Of a stretch of 64,000 bases of DNA, positions 36,974 through 45,966 are shown piece after piece. Made by a program: the position numbers and the translations under genes. The DNA lies in assembly GCA_003222385.1 (NCBI GenBank), contig QHVV01000113.1:1352-65351 (forward strand), written 5' to 3'. The stretch is from Acidobacteriota bacterium (GTDB taxonomy: Bacteria; Acidobacteriota; Thermoanaerobaculia; UBA5066; Gp7-AA6). The notes under the pieces are model-generated. The model was not told the DNA's origin. It saw nothing but the letters and a program-made list of their open reading frames with translations, and ran no database searches. Numbering within the stretch: position 1 is the stretch's first letter; each line of letters starts with the position of its first letter.

Positions 36974-37051
36974 GTGAGACGAGGCAGGTCGCGGAGGTCT
37001 TACGGCTGACGTCTTCGGTCCCATTCTCGACGCGGATATGATCCGGCCGCA

Positions 37052-37393
37052 ATGATCTTATCGATGATCGATCTTCTGCAGACCGCGCCGCGACAGCCCG
37101 GCGGGGGACTCATCCAGTTCCTGCCGATGCTCTTCATCTTCGTCATCTTCTATTTCCTGTTGATCGCCCCGATGCGCAAGAAACAGAAGAGACAGCAGGA
37201 GCTGCTCGGGCAGCTGAAGAAAGGGGACGAAGTCGTCACCGGCGGAGGTCTCTTCGGAAGGATCGCGGCGTTCGACGAGACGCGCGGGGTGGTCATCCTC
37301 CAGGTCGCCGACAACGTGAAGATCAAGGTCCTGCGCACGTCGATCGTGGGACTGGCGGGCGAGTCGGAGGCGGTGGTCACCCCGACTTCCTAG
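37052..37393 (+). CDS. yajC: preprotein translocase subunit YajC
   Basis: 113 aa: ...LPMLFIFVIFYFLLIAPMRKKQKRQQELLGQLKKGDEVVTGGGLFGRI..., canonical YajC. Confidence 0.9.
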   Translation: MILSMIDLLQTAPRQPGGGLIQFLPMLFIFVIFYFLLIAPMRKKQKRQQELLGQLKKGDEVVTGGGLFGRIAAFDETRGVVILQVADNVKIKVLRTSIVGLAGESEAVVTPTS

Positions 37394-37454
37394 CCTCTCC
37401 GGGCCCTTTCTCGTATACACTCCACGGTTCTTTTTCGAGGAGCAGGAGGAAGCC

Positions 37455-39065
37455 TTGTCCAAGAGAGTTCGCTGGCGGGTGGTGCTGATCGTCCTCGTCG
37501 TCGCCGGAATGATCACGGGCTACATCGCCATGGGATACGCCAACGCCCGCCGGGAGTGGATCGGCCCGGGCAAGCCGTCGCTGTCCGAAGCGCTCAGGAA
37601 AGGCGTCAAGCTCGGTCTGGACCTGCGCGGCGGTATCCACCTGGTTCTCCAGGTCAACACGGCCGACGCCGTGAAGGCCGAACGGGACGACGCCGCCGAG
37701 CAGCTCCAGACCCAGGCCCGGGAGCAGGGGCTGACCCTCGGAGCGGTGGAGTTCCCGAACGAACGGGCGTTCTCGGTCGCCGTGACGCCGACGACCGACG
37801 AGAAGAAGCTCGAGGAGACGGTGAAACGGTTCCTGCCGGACTGGACGGTCTCGACCGCCGGCGGCAAGTGGATCTTCACTTTGAAGGACCTGGCTCGCCG
37901 GCAGATGGAGGACAACTCGGTCTCCCAGGCCGTCGAGACGATCCGCAACCGCATCGACGAGTTCGGGGTCGCCGAGCCTCTCATCGCGAGGCAGGGGTCG
38001 GATCGAATCCTCGTCCAGCTTCCCGGTATCGACGACCCGAAGCGGGTCAAGGACCTGATCAAGAGCACCGCTTTCCTGGAGCTGAAGCTGGTCGACTCGG
38101 GCCCTTCGGCCGACCGCAACGCCCTTCTTTCGACCCACGGCGGCCAGCTCCCTCCGAACCTCGAGCTCGTCGAGACGGCCGCCACGGCCGGGCAGCGGGA
38201 ACAGACCTGGTACCTGGTGCAGAAGTCGGCGGTGATCACCGGTCGGGACCTGAAAAACGCGCGGCCCACGCAACGGCAGCTCGGCGGAAACGCGGTGTCG
38301 TTCTTCCTGAATGCCGCCGGCGCGGAGAAGTTCGCCAAGGCGACCGGCGAAAACGTCGGCAAGCAGCTGGCGATCATTCTCGACCACCGCGTGAAGTCCG
38401 CTCCGACGATCAACGAACGTATCCACGACCAGGGCGAGATCAGCGGCAGTTTCACTCCGGAGGAGGCGAACGATCTGGCTCTGGTCCTGCGCGCGGGCGC
38501 GCTGCCCGCCGGCCTGACTTACCTCGAGGAGCGCACCGTCGGACCGTCGCTCGGCCTCGATTCGATCCGCAAGGGAGTCTCGGCCTCGGTCGCCGGCGCG
38601 CTGTTCGTTTTCGTGGCCATGACGGTCTACTACCGGCTCTCCGGTCTGAACGCGGTTCTCGCGCTCATCCTGAACGCCGTCATGCTCCTGGGAGCGATGG
38701 CGCTCTTCAACGCGACCCTCACTCTGCCCGGAATCGCGGGCTTCATCCTGACCATCGGCATGGCGGTCGATTCGAATGTGCTCATCTTCGAGCGCATCCG
38801 CGAAGAGCTCCGGGGAGGTCGCGCACCGAAGACCGCGATCGAGAACGGCTTCTCGAAAGCGTTCGCCACGATCATCGACACGCACTTGACCGTCATCATC
38901 TCGGCGATCTTTCTGTTTCAGTTCGGCACCGGCCCGGTGAAGGGATTCGCGGTGACCCTGATCCTCGGCCTCCTGATCTCGATCTTCACGGCCGTCTTCG
39001 TCTCGCACACGATCTTCGAGCTGACGTACGGCCGGCGCCAGCACATCGACGCCCTTTCGATCTGA
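37455..39065 (+). CDS. secD: protein translocase subunit SecD
   Basis: AGGAGGA RBS then TTG. 536 aa with periplasmic domain and C-terminal TM bundle ...LGLDSIRKGVSASVAGALFVFVAMTVYYR... Confidence 0.95.
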   Translation: MSKRVRWRVVLIVLVVAGMITGYIAMGYANARREWIGPGKPSLSEALRKGVKLGLDLRGGIHLVLQVNTADAVKAERDDAAEQLQTQAREQGLTLGAVEFPNERAFSVAVTPTTDEKKLEETVKRFLPDWTVSTAGGKWIFTLKDLARRQMEDNSVSQAVETIRNRIDEFGVAEPLIARQGSDRILVQLPGIDDPKRVKDLIKSTAFLELKLVDSGPSADRNALLSTHGGQLPPNLELVETAATAGQREQTWYLVQKSAVITGRDLKNARPTQRQLGGNAVSFFLNAAGAEKFAKATGENVGKQLAIILDHRVKSAPTINERIHDQGEISGSFTPEEANDLALVLRAGALPAGLTYLEERTVGPSLGLDSIRKGVSASVAGALFVFVAMTVYYRLSGLNAVLALILNAVMLLGAMALFNATLTLPGIAGFILTIGMAVDSNVLIFERIREELRGGRAPKTAIENGFSKAFATIIDTHLTVIISAIFLFQFGTGPVKGFAVTLILGLLISIFTAVFVSHTIFELTYGRRQHIDALSI

Positions 39066-39075
39066 GGAAACCGGC

Positions 39076-40317
39076 ATGGAACTCTTTCGACAGACCAACA
39101 TCGATTTCCTCCGGTACAAGTGGATCGCGATCGGCGCGTCCTGGCTCATGATCGCGCTCGGGCTCTTCGCGATCTTCGTGCAGAAAGGGCTGAAGTTCGG
39201 CATCGACTTCGCCGGCGGAACGCAGATCGCGGTGCGGTTCACGCAGCGCCCCGATCTCGACCACCTGCGGAAGGTTCTCGACGCCGCGAACCTCGGCGAC
39301 ACCGGCATCCAGCGCTACGAAGATCCGTCGAAAAACGAGGTTCTGATCCGCGTCCAGCAGCAGAAGCGGGAAGGACGGGACGTTTCCCACGACGTGCAGG
39401 ACGCGCTGCGGTCGGGTCTCGCCCCGCCCGGCGCCGCCCCCTCGAAGCTCGACCTGAACCGCGAAGGGAGAGATTCGCTCGGCGGCCGCCTGACGGCGGC
39501 GGACCCGGATCACGTCTCCGGACGGCCGGACGTCGTTCCCGCGGACTACTACGGAAAGATCGCGGAGCGGATCATCGCTTACCGCTCCGCGGCCGGGATC
39601 TTCCGTTCCACGGCGGATTTCGACCGGCTGCCGGACGTCTCCGCGACCGTCAAGTCGTGGCTGAAGGCGAACTGCTTCGCCGGTCCGTTCGTGCTGCTTT
39701 CCGCCGAGAACGTCGGTCCGCAGGTGGGCGCGGACCTGCGCAAGAAGGCGCTGCTCGCAGTCGTCTGGTCGATCGGCGGAATGCTTGCCTACATCGCGAT
39801 CCGCTTCCGGTCGTTCCCCTTCGGAGTCGGCGCGGTGGTCGCGCTCATCCACGACACGCTCATCACGGTGGGTCTACTCGCGCTCATGGGGCGCGAATTC
39901 AATCTCGTCGTGGTCGCGGCGCTCCTGACCCTCGTCGGTTACTCCGTCAACGACACCGTCGTCGTGTACGACCGCGTGCGGGAGAACCAGCGCACTCCGA
40001 AGAAAGAGGCGCTCGAGTCCGTCATCAACCGGTCGATCAATCAGACGCTCTCCCGGACCGTGCTCACATCCGGGGCGACAATGCTCGTTTGCGTCGCCCT
40101 CTTCTTCCTGGGCGGCGAGGTGCTCAACACGTTCGCCCTCGCCCTGATCATCGGCATCATCGTCGGGACCTATTCCTCGATCTACGTTGCGGCTGCGATC
40201 GTCGTCATCTGGAAGGACCTGCGCACCCGCCGAAAGCTGCAGGTCGTTCCGGCCATCAGGCCGGCGCCGCCTCCTCCGCCCGCCGCCGCCAGGAAGAAGA
40301 AGTCGGGGAGACGCTAG
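39076..40317 (+). CDS. secF: protein translocase subunit SecF with ~100-aa periplasmic insertion containing a ComEA-like helix-hairpin-helix
   Basis: 413 aa against ~310 typical. Conserved SecF N-terminus (..KWIAIGASWLMIALGLFAIFVQKGLKFGIDFAGGT) and C-terminus (...VNDTVVVYDRVREN...). Insert ...DYYGKIAERIIAYRSAAGIFRSTADFDRLPDVSATVKSWLKAN resembles the ComEA HhH motif. Confidence 0.9.
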   Translation: MELFRQTNIDFLRYKWIAIGASWLMIALGLFAIFVQKGLKFGIDFAGGTQIAVRFTQRPDLDHLRKVLDAANLGDTGIQRYEDPSKNEVLIRVQQQKREGRDVSHDVQDALRSGLAPPGAAPSKLDLNREGRDSLGGRLTAADPDHVSGRPDVVPADYYGKIAERIIAYRSAAGIFRSTADFDRLPDVSATVKSWLKANCFAGPFVLLSAENVGPQVGADLRKKALLAVVWSIGGMLAYIAIRFRSFPFGVGAVVALIHDTLITVGLLALMGREFNLVVVAALLTLVGYSVNDTVVVYDRVRENQRTPKKEALESVINRSINQTLSRTVLTSGATMLVCVALFFLGGEVLNTFALALIIGIIVGTYSSIYVAAAIVVIWKDLRTRRKLQVVPAIRPAPPPPPAAARKKKSGRR

Positions 40318-40355
40318 AGGCCCGACCCGCGCTTCGGCGTTAATCTAAGTCGGTC

Positions 40356-42539
40356 GTGATCCGCTTCGAGGACATCCTCGACCGCGTCGAGGCCTACAAC
40401 CCGCAGTCGAACCTGGACCTGCTGCGCCGCGCGTACGTCTTTTCCGCGCTCGAGCACAAAGGGCAGGTCCGGCGCTCCGGCGAGCCGTACCTGGTTCATC
40501 CGCTGCACGTCGCGGCGATCCTGGCGGAGATGAAGGCGGACGACGTCTCGATCGTCGTCGGTCTGCTGCACGACGTCCTCGAGGACACGCTGACGTCGAA
40601 GCAGTCGATCGCGAAGCAGTTCGGCCCGGAAGTCGCGGAGCTCGTCGACGGGCTCACCAAGATCGGAAAGTTCTCGTACGTGTCCCGGGAGCAGGAGCAG
40701 GCCGAGACCTTCCGCAAGATGATCCTCGCGATGGTGTCGGACCTCCGGGTCGTGCTCGTCAAGCTCGCCGACCGGCTCCACAACATGCGCACGCTGCAAC
40801 ACCTGCCCGAGGAGAAGCGCCGGGAGATCGCGCGGGAGACGCTCGACATCTACGCACCGATCGCGAACCGGCTCGGCATGGGACTCGTGAAGGGAGAGCT
40901 CGAGGACCTGGCCTTCATGCACCTCGAGCCGGAGGAGTACGCCCGCGTGGCTCTGGACGTGGAGCGCCGCATGAAGGGCTCGCAGACGATGATCGAGAAG
41001 ATCCGGGCGCGGCTCGCCGCCAAGCTCGCCGAGGCCGGGATCGCCGGCGAGGTCACCGGCCGGGTCAAGCGCTACTACTCCATCGCGGAAAAAATGCGCC
41101 GCCGCGAGGTGGACGCCGCCGAGCTCTACGACGTCCTCGCCTTCCGGATCGTGACGCCCGAGACCCGCGACTGCTACGCGGCACTCGGCCTGGTGCATCA
41201 GCTGTGGAGGCCGGTCCCGGGACGCATCAAGGACTACATCGCGATGCCGAAGCCGAACTTCTACCAGTCTCTCCACACGACCGTCATGGGGGAAGCGGCC
41301 CAGCCGTTCGAGATCCAGATCCGGACGAGGGAGATGGACCTGATCTCCGAGCGCGGGATCGCGGCACACTGGAAGTACAAGGAGGGGCGGCTCGGGCCGC
41401 ATGCCGACGACGCGCGCTTCCAGTGGCTGCGGCAGCTCGTGGATTGGCAGAGCGAGGTCTCCGATCCCCGTCAATTCCTCGCGTCGCTCAAGGTGGACCT
41501 CTATCCCGACGAGGTCTACACCTTCACTCCGAAGGGAGAGGTCTTCGCGTTTCCCCGCGGCGCGACCCCGCTCGACTTTGCATATCGAGTCCATACGGAC
41601 GTGGGCCATCGGTGCGTCGGCGCCCGCGTCAACGGCAAGCTGGTTCCGCTCCGGACGGCTCTCGCGAGCGGAGACATCGTCGAGATCCTGACCGCTCCGA
41701 ATCAGGCTCCGTCCCGGGATTGGCTCTCCTTCGTCGCGACGAGCCGGGCGCGGCACAAGATCCGTCACTTCATCCAGAGCCAGGAAAAGGCGCGCGCGGT
41801 CGAGCTCGGAAGAAGGCTCCTCGATCGGGAGCTCAAGAAATATCGGAAGACCGTCAAGAAGCTCGAAGCGGAAGGAAAGCTGCAGGCGGAGCTTCCGACG
41901 TGGGGCTTTTCGAAGTCAGAAGACCTCTACGCCGCTCTCGGGTACGGCAAGCTCGCCCCCCGGAACGCGCTCGAGCGGCTCATCCCGGCCGAGCAGCTCG
42001 ACCGCCCGGAACCCCCGAAACCCGAGACGGCGGTCTCGCGCGTCGTCCGGAAGATCCTGCCCTTCGGCGCTCCGGACATCACGGTCGTCGGCCACAACGA
42101 TCTCCTCGCCTCGCTCGCGAAGTGCTGCAACCCGGTGCCGGGCGAAAAGATCCTCGGGTACATCACGCGGGGACGGGGCGTCTCCGTGCACTCCGACAAC
42201 TGCCCCAACGTCCGCAACCTGCTCTACGACCCGGAACGGCAGATCGACGTCGCCTGGGCGGGGGAGAAGGGAGCGTCGTACGCGATCGAGCTCGACGTCG
42301 TCACGGACGATCGGCCCGGACTCCTGGCCGATCTGACCCAGGCGATCGCCGGCGAAGGCTCGAACATCCGCCGGATCGAGGCCCGCTCCGCCGAAGACGG
42401 GAGAGGCTACGTCTCGGTGTCGCTCGAGACCTCCGACGCGAAGCACCTCGAGAAGATTCTGGGCCGCCTGAAAGCGATCTCGGGCGTGCGGGAAGTCGTC
42501 CGGAAGTACAACGTGCCGAAGGCGGGTGAACGGGATTAG
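40356..42539 (+). CDS. relA: bifunctional (p)ppGpp synthetase/hydrolase RelA/SpoT (Rel)
   Basis: 727 aa. HD hydrolase motifs (..SGEPYLVHPLHVAAIL..HDVLEDT), synthetase domain (..YIAMPKPNFYQSLHTTV..), TGS and ACT domains. Confidence 0.95.
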   Translation: MIRFEDILDRVEAYNPQSNLDLLRRAYVFSALEHKGQVRRSGEPYLVHPLHVAAILAEMKADDVSIVVGLLHDVLEDTLTSKQSIAKQFGPEVAELVDGLTKIGKFSYVSREQEQAETFRKMILAMVSDLRVVLVKLADRLHNMRTLQHLPEEKRREIARETLDIYAPIANRLGMGLVKGELEDLAFMHLEPEEYARVALDVERRMKGSQTMIEKIRARLAAKLAEAGIAGEVTGRVKRYYSIAEKMRRREVDAAELYDVLAFRIVTPETRDCYAALGLVHQLWRPVPGRIKDYIAMPKPNFYQSLHTTVMGEAAQPFEIQIRTREMDLISERGIAAHWKYKEGRLGPHADDARFQWLRQLVDWQSEVSDPRQFLASLKVDLYPDEVYTFTPKGEVFAFPRGATPLDFAYRVHTDVGHRCVGARVNGKLVPLRTALASGDIVEILTAPNQAPSRDWLSFVATSRARHKIRHFIQSQEKARAVELGRRLLDRELKKYRKTVKKLEAEGKLQAELPTWGFSKSEDLYAALGYGKLAPRNALERLIPAEQLDRPEPPKPETAVSRVVRKILPFGAPDITVVGHNDLLASLAKCCNPVPGEKILGYITRGRGVSVHSDNCPNVRNLLYDPERQIDVAWAGEKGASYAIELDVVTDDRPGLLADLTQAIAGEGSNIRRIEARSAEDGRGYVSVSLETSDAKHLEKILGRLKAISGVREVVRKYNVPKAGERD

Positions 42540-42543
42540 GGTC

Positions 42544-42768
42544 TCAGGACCCGGCGCTGACGACCTGCGCCTTTCGGGGCGCCGGCTTCACGACCTTCCC
42601 CGACCTCAGACACCGCGTACAGGCGTTCACGCGCCGCGATCGTCCATCCACCACGGCCTTGACAGACCGGAGGTTCAGGTGCCATTTGCGGCTCGTGACG
42701 TTGTGGGCGTGACTGACGTTGGACCCCGTCATCGGAGTCTTTCCGCAAAAGTGGCAGTGCTGGGCCAT
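42544..42768 (-). CDS. rpmB: 50S ribosomal protein L28
   Basis: ATG within track ORF 42544..42876 gives MAQHCHFCGKTPMTGSNVSHAHNVTSRKWHLNLRSVKAVVDGRSRRVNACTRCLRSGKVVKPAPRK, a canonical L28. Confidence 0.9.
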   Translation of the reverse strand: MAQHCHFCGKTPMTGSNVSHAHNVTSRKWHLNLRSVKAVVDGRSRRVNACTRCLRSGKVVKPAPRKAQVVSAGS

Positions 42769-42920
42769 CGGGTCTCCTCGTGGAACGATCTCACCGTCAA
42801 AAACGCGGCATCGTACAACGTCGCGTCGAGCGTTGAAAGTCCGAAAGTTCGGCAGTGCGAGATTCGCTCCGCGCAAGCTCGATCTGCGGGCCTGCAGCGG
42901 GCTCGCAGCGCCCGTAAACC

Positions 42921-42949
42921 TTGACTGTAGAAAAACTTTCTGCTATTTT
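42921..42949 (+). promoter_or_regulatory. candidate sigma70 promoter for the pil operon (TTGACT - 17 nt - TATTTT)
   Basis: Near-consensus -35, 17-nt spacer and AT-rich -10, about 70 nt upstream of the pilM GTG in the rpmB/pilM divergent region. Confidence 0.4.
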
Positions 42950-43017
42950 TCCTCCTAGCCGAAATAACCCAAGGTCAAAGCCCACAACCGTATGAATTTT
43001 TTCGGTAGGGCGAAAGC

Positions 43018-44079
43018 GTGCTATTCCGAAAGTCGAAGAACCTCGTAGGCCTCGACATCGGCTCGTCAGCGATCAAGCTGGTCGAGCTGAAAGATGTCAA
43101 GGGCGGGGGCTACAGGCTGGTCAAATCGGGTTTGGAAACCCTCTCTCCGGAGGCGATTGTCGATGGGGCGATCATGGATGCGTCCCTCGTGGTCGACACG
43201 GTCAACCGGCTCGTTTCGACGGCGAACGTGCGCAATCAGGACTTCGGGACCTCCCTTTCGGGCCACTCCGTCATCGTCAAGAAGATCAGCCTTCCCGCGA
43301 TGTCCCCCGAAGAGCTGTCGGAGTCGATCCGCTGGGAGGCCGAGCAGTACGTCCCGTTCGACATCAACGACGTCAACCTCGATTACGTCGTCCTGGAGTC
43401 GGGGGCGGGCGACACGATGGACGTCCTTCTGGTCGCGGTGAAGAAGGACAAGATCGGCGACTACACGAGCGTGATCTCCCAGGCCGGGCGCAACCCGATG
43501 CTGGTCGACGTGGACGCCTTTGCCCTCCAGAACGCGTTCGAGGCGAACTATCCGATCGAGGCAGGCCGCATCGTGGCTCTGGTCAACGTGGGCGCATCGG
43601 TCACGAATGTCAACATCCTGGCGGGCTCGAACACGATTTTCTGGCGAGACATCTCCTTCGGGGGCAACCAGTACACCGACGCCATCCAGAAGCAGCTTTC
43701 GCTCTCCTTCGACCAGGCCGAATCGCTCAAGAAGGGGGAGCGCGCGGGTGACCACTCGGTTTCCGAGATCTTTCCGATCCTCCGCTCGGTCTCCGACGAC
43801 CTGGCGCAGGAGCTCCAGAAAACGTTCGATTTCTTCCTCGCGACGACGTCGACCCAGCGGATCGATCAGCTCCTTCTTTCGGGAGGATCTTCGCGGGTGG
43901 TCAACTTCGATACACAGCTGAAAGAGCGCTTCGGGATGCCGGTGGAAGTGATGAACCCGTTCCGGCAGATCGACATCTCGGGCACGCCGGTGTCCGCGGA
44001 ATGGATCACGGAAAACGCGCCGAGCCTGGCGGTGGCAGTCGGGCTCGCGGTCCGCCATGTCGGAGACGAAGCCGCTTGA
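43018..44079 (+). CDS. pilM: type IV pilus assembly protein PilM (actin-like ATPase)
   Basis: 353 aa: ...LVGLDIGSSAIKLVELK...LLSGGSSRV... matches PilM. Confidence 0.9.
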   Translation: MLFRKSKNLVGLDIGSSAIKLVELKDVKGGGYRLVKSGLETLSPEAIVDGAIMDASLVVDTVNRLVSTANVRNQDFGTSLSGHSVIVKKISLPAMSPEELSESIRWEAEQYVPFDINDVNLDYVVLESGAGDTMDVLLVAVKKDKIGDYTSVISQAGRNPMLVDVDAFALQNAFEANYPIEAGRIVALVNVGASVTNVNILAGSNTIFWRDISFGGNQYTDAIQKQLSLSFDQAESLKKGERAGDHSVSEIFPILRSVSDDLAQELQKTFDFFLATTSTQRIDQLLLSGGSSRVVNFDTQLKERFGMPVEVMNPFRQIDISGTPVSAEWITENAPSLAVAVGLAVRHVGDEAA

Positions 44080-44720
44080 TCCGGATCAACCTCCTCACGG
44101 AGGCCCGCGCGGCCGCGGCGCGCAAGAAAACGCCGTTTCTGCCGTCCGGCGCCCGTCTGAACAACTTGATTCTGCTCGGCGGAGCGTCCCTGGGCCTCCT
44201 CTACATCGGCATCATGGCTCTCACCCTGACGCACCGGAGCCGGGATCTGGACGAGGAAATCGCGCGGGCGAACCAGGAGGTGGCACGCCTCCGTTCGATC
44301 ATCGACGAGGTCAAGGGCTACGAGGAAAAGAAGGCGAGCCTCGAGGCGAAGATTCAGCTCATCAACAACTTGAAGACCAACCAGAAGGGGCCCGTCCGGC
44401 TCATGGACGAGATCTCGCGAGCTCTTCCCGATCTGGTCTGGCTGACGGAGCTCGGCGTCTCCGGGAACCAGGTCACGCTGAAGGGCCGGACGCTGTCGCC
44501 CAACGCGGTGGCGACCTATCTGGAAAACATCAAGAAGAGTCCCTTCTTCGCGGAGCCGGTCTTCCGCAACCTCGGCAAGGAGAGCGACACGGCCGGCACC
44601 TACGTCTGGGAGATGACCCTGACCTTCACGAACGCTCAGGCGCTCGCGGTTGTCCCTCCGAGCGCGCCCGCGGCGGCGAGCCCACCGCAGCGGGGGAATT
44701 CACCGGCTCCGGGAACCTAG
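44076..44720 (+). CDS. pilN: type IV pilus assembly protein PilN
   Basis: TTG overlapping the pilM TGA gives LIRINLLTEARAAAARKK...: INLLP-type start, one TM helix, coiled coil. It is the latter part of track ORF 44001..44720. Confidence 0.8.
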   Translation: MIRINLLTEARAAAARKKTPFLPSGARLNNLILLGGASLGLLYIGIMALTLTHRSRDLDEEIARANQEVARLRSIIDEVKGYEEKKASLEAKIQLINNLKTNQKGPVRLMDEISRALPDLVWLTELGVSGNQVTLKGRTLSPNAVATYLENIKKSPFFAEPVFRNLGKESDTAGTYVWEMTLTFTNAQALAVVPPSAPAAASPPQRGNSPAPGT

Positions 44721-44729
44721 GAACGACGC

Positions 44730-45413
44730 GTGGCGATCGACCTGAAGCTCGAAGACAAGCCGTGGTACCACGCGCTCGCGTACGGGCTCGTGATCGCCGG
44801 GCTGCTCGCCGGGGCCGTGCACTACGCCTGGTTCCGGGGCCTGAACGCGGAGATCAAGACCAAGCGCACGCAGCTCGAGGGGCTTCAGCAGGAGATCCAG
44901 AAGGGCCGCGCCGCCGAGCGAAAGCTTTCGCAGTTCCGCGAAGAGGTCCGGCGGCTCGAGCTCGAGCTCGCGAAGCTCCTGCAGGTCCTCCCCTCCAAGC
45001 GCAACACCGAGGATCTGATCAAGAGGATCGAAACTCTGACGCGTCAGGGAGACTTCACCCTGCGGAAGTTCACGCCGGGGGATTTCATCCCCAAAGACTT
45101 CTACGCGGAGTGGCCGATCGACATCGCGCTCGAGGGGACGTACCACAATCTCGCGCTCTTTTTCGATCGGATGAGCCGTTTTTCCCGCATCATCAACGTC
45201 GAGGACATGAAGATCAGCGCGCTGCCGAACATCGGACAGAAATCGATCAGCGCCGGGTTCGTGGCGAAGACCTTCATCTACACCGGGGACGAGGCCGCCA
45301 CTCATCCCGGGGAGGGTCAGCCGGCGGCCGGGAAGACCGGACCCACTCTCGGCCCGGCGGGTGTCAATGCCCGGAAGCTCAAAGAGCGCGCGGAAGGAAA
45401 GGGCGCCGAATGA
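44730..45413 (+). CDS. pilO: type IV pilus assembly protein PilO
   Basis: 227 aa. N-terminal TM helix plus coiled coil, positioned between pilN and pilP. Confidence 0.8.
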   Translation: MAIDLKLEDKPWYHALAYGLVIAGLLAGAVHYAWFRGLNAEIKTKRTQLEGLQQEIQKGRAAERKLSQFREEVRRLELELAKLLQVLPSKRNTEDLIKRIETLTRQGDFTLRKFTPGDFIPKDFYAEWPIDIALEGTYHNLALFFDRMSRFSRIINVEDMKISALPNIGQKSISAGFVAKTFIYTGDEAATHPGEGQPAAGKTGPTLGPAGVNARKLKERAEGKGAE

Positions 45414-45925
45414 GATCTTCGTTTTCCGTCGCCGTCGCTCTCCTGCTCGCGGTCTTGATCGCGGCTGCGCGGCCGCCTCGTCCGACTCCGGCGCCGACGA
45501 AGACCCCGGCGCCGGCTCCCGGAGGCCTCAACTCGCCGGGTGAGGCGCTCCTGCAGCAGGACGAGGCCGCGCTCACCGGCCGCACGTACAGCTACGACCC
45601 GGCGGGCCGCCGCGATCCGTTTCGATCGCTCCTCGTCCGCCCGGAAGATCGCGCGCGAGGGGATCGCCCGCTCGGGGTCCCCGGTATGTCGATCGACGAC
45701 ATCGCGATCTACGGGATCTGGAAGACCCGCTCCGGTTACATCGCGCAGGTCCGAGCCACCGACAACAAGAGCTATCTCATCCGCGCGGGCGACCTCCTCT
45801 ACGACGGCGAGGTCACCCGCGTCGGGCCGAACGAAGTCGTGTTCCGCCAGAACATCAACGATCCGCAAAGTGTGAAGCCTTTCCGGGAAGTGACGAAGCA
45901 GTTGAACGTGACGCCAAAACCGTGA
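45410..45925 (+). CDS. pilP: type IV pilus assembly lipoprotein PilP
   Basis: ATG overlaps the pilO TGA (ATGA). Signal/Pro-rich linker then a C-terminal beta domain ...YIAQVRATDNKSYLIRAGDLLYDGEVTRVGPNEVVFRQ... Confidence 0.7.
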   Translation: MRSSFSVAVALLLAVLIAAARPPRPTPAPTKTPAPAPGGLNSPGEALLQQDEAALTGRTYSYDPAGRRDPFRSLLVRPEDRARGDRPLGVPGMSIDDIAIYGIWKTRSGYIAQVRATDNKSYLIRAGDLLYDGEVTRVGPNEVVFRQNINDPQSVKPFREVTKQLNVTPKP

Positions 45926-45966
45926 GGACCCGCGGGTTGAGGAATTCCGGCGCGACGGGAGGGACG

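Noticed and set aside
42769-43017. tRNA or small RNA in the rpmB-pilM intergenic region
   Set aside because: No cloverleaf-compatible stems, and no T-loop GTTC / anticodon-arm pattern was apparent. The region is better explained as divergent promoters.
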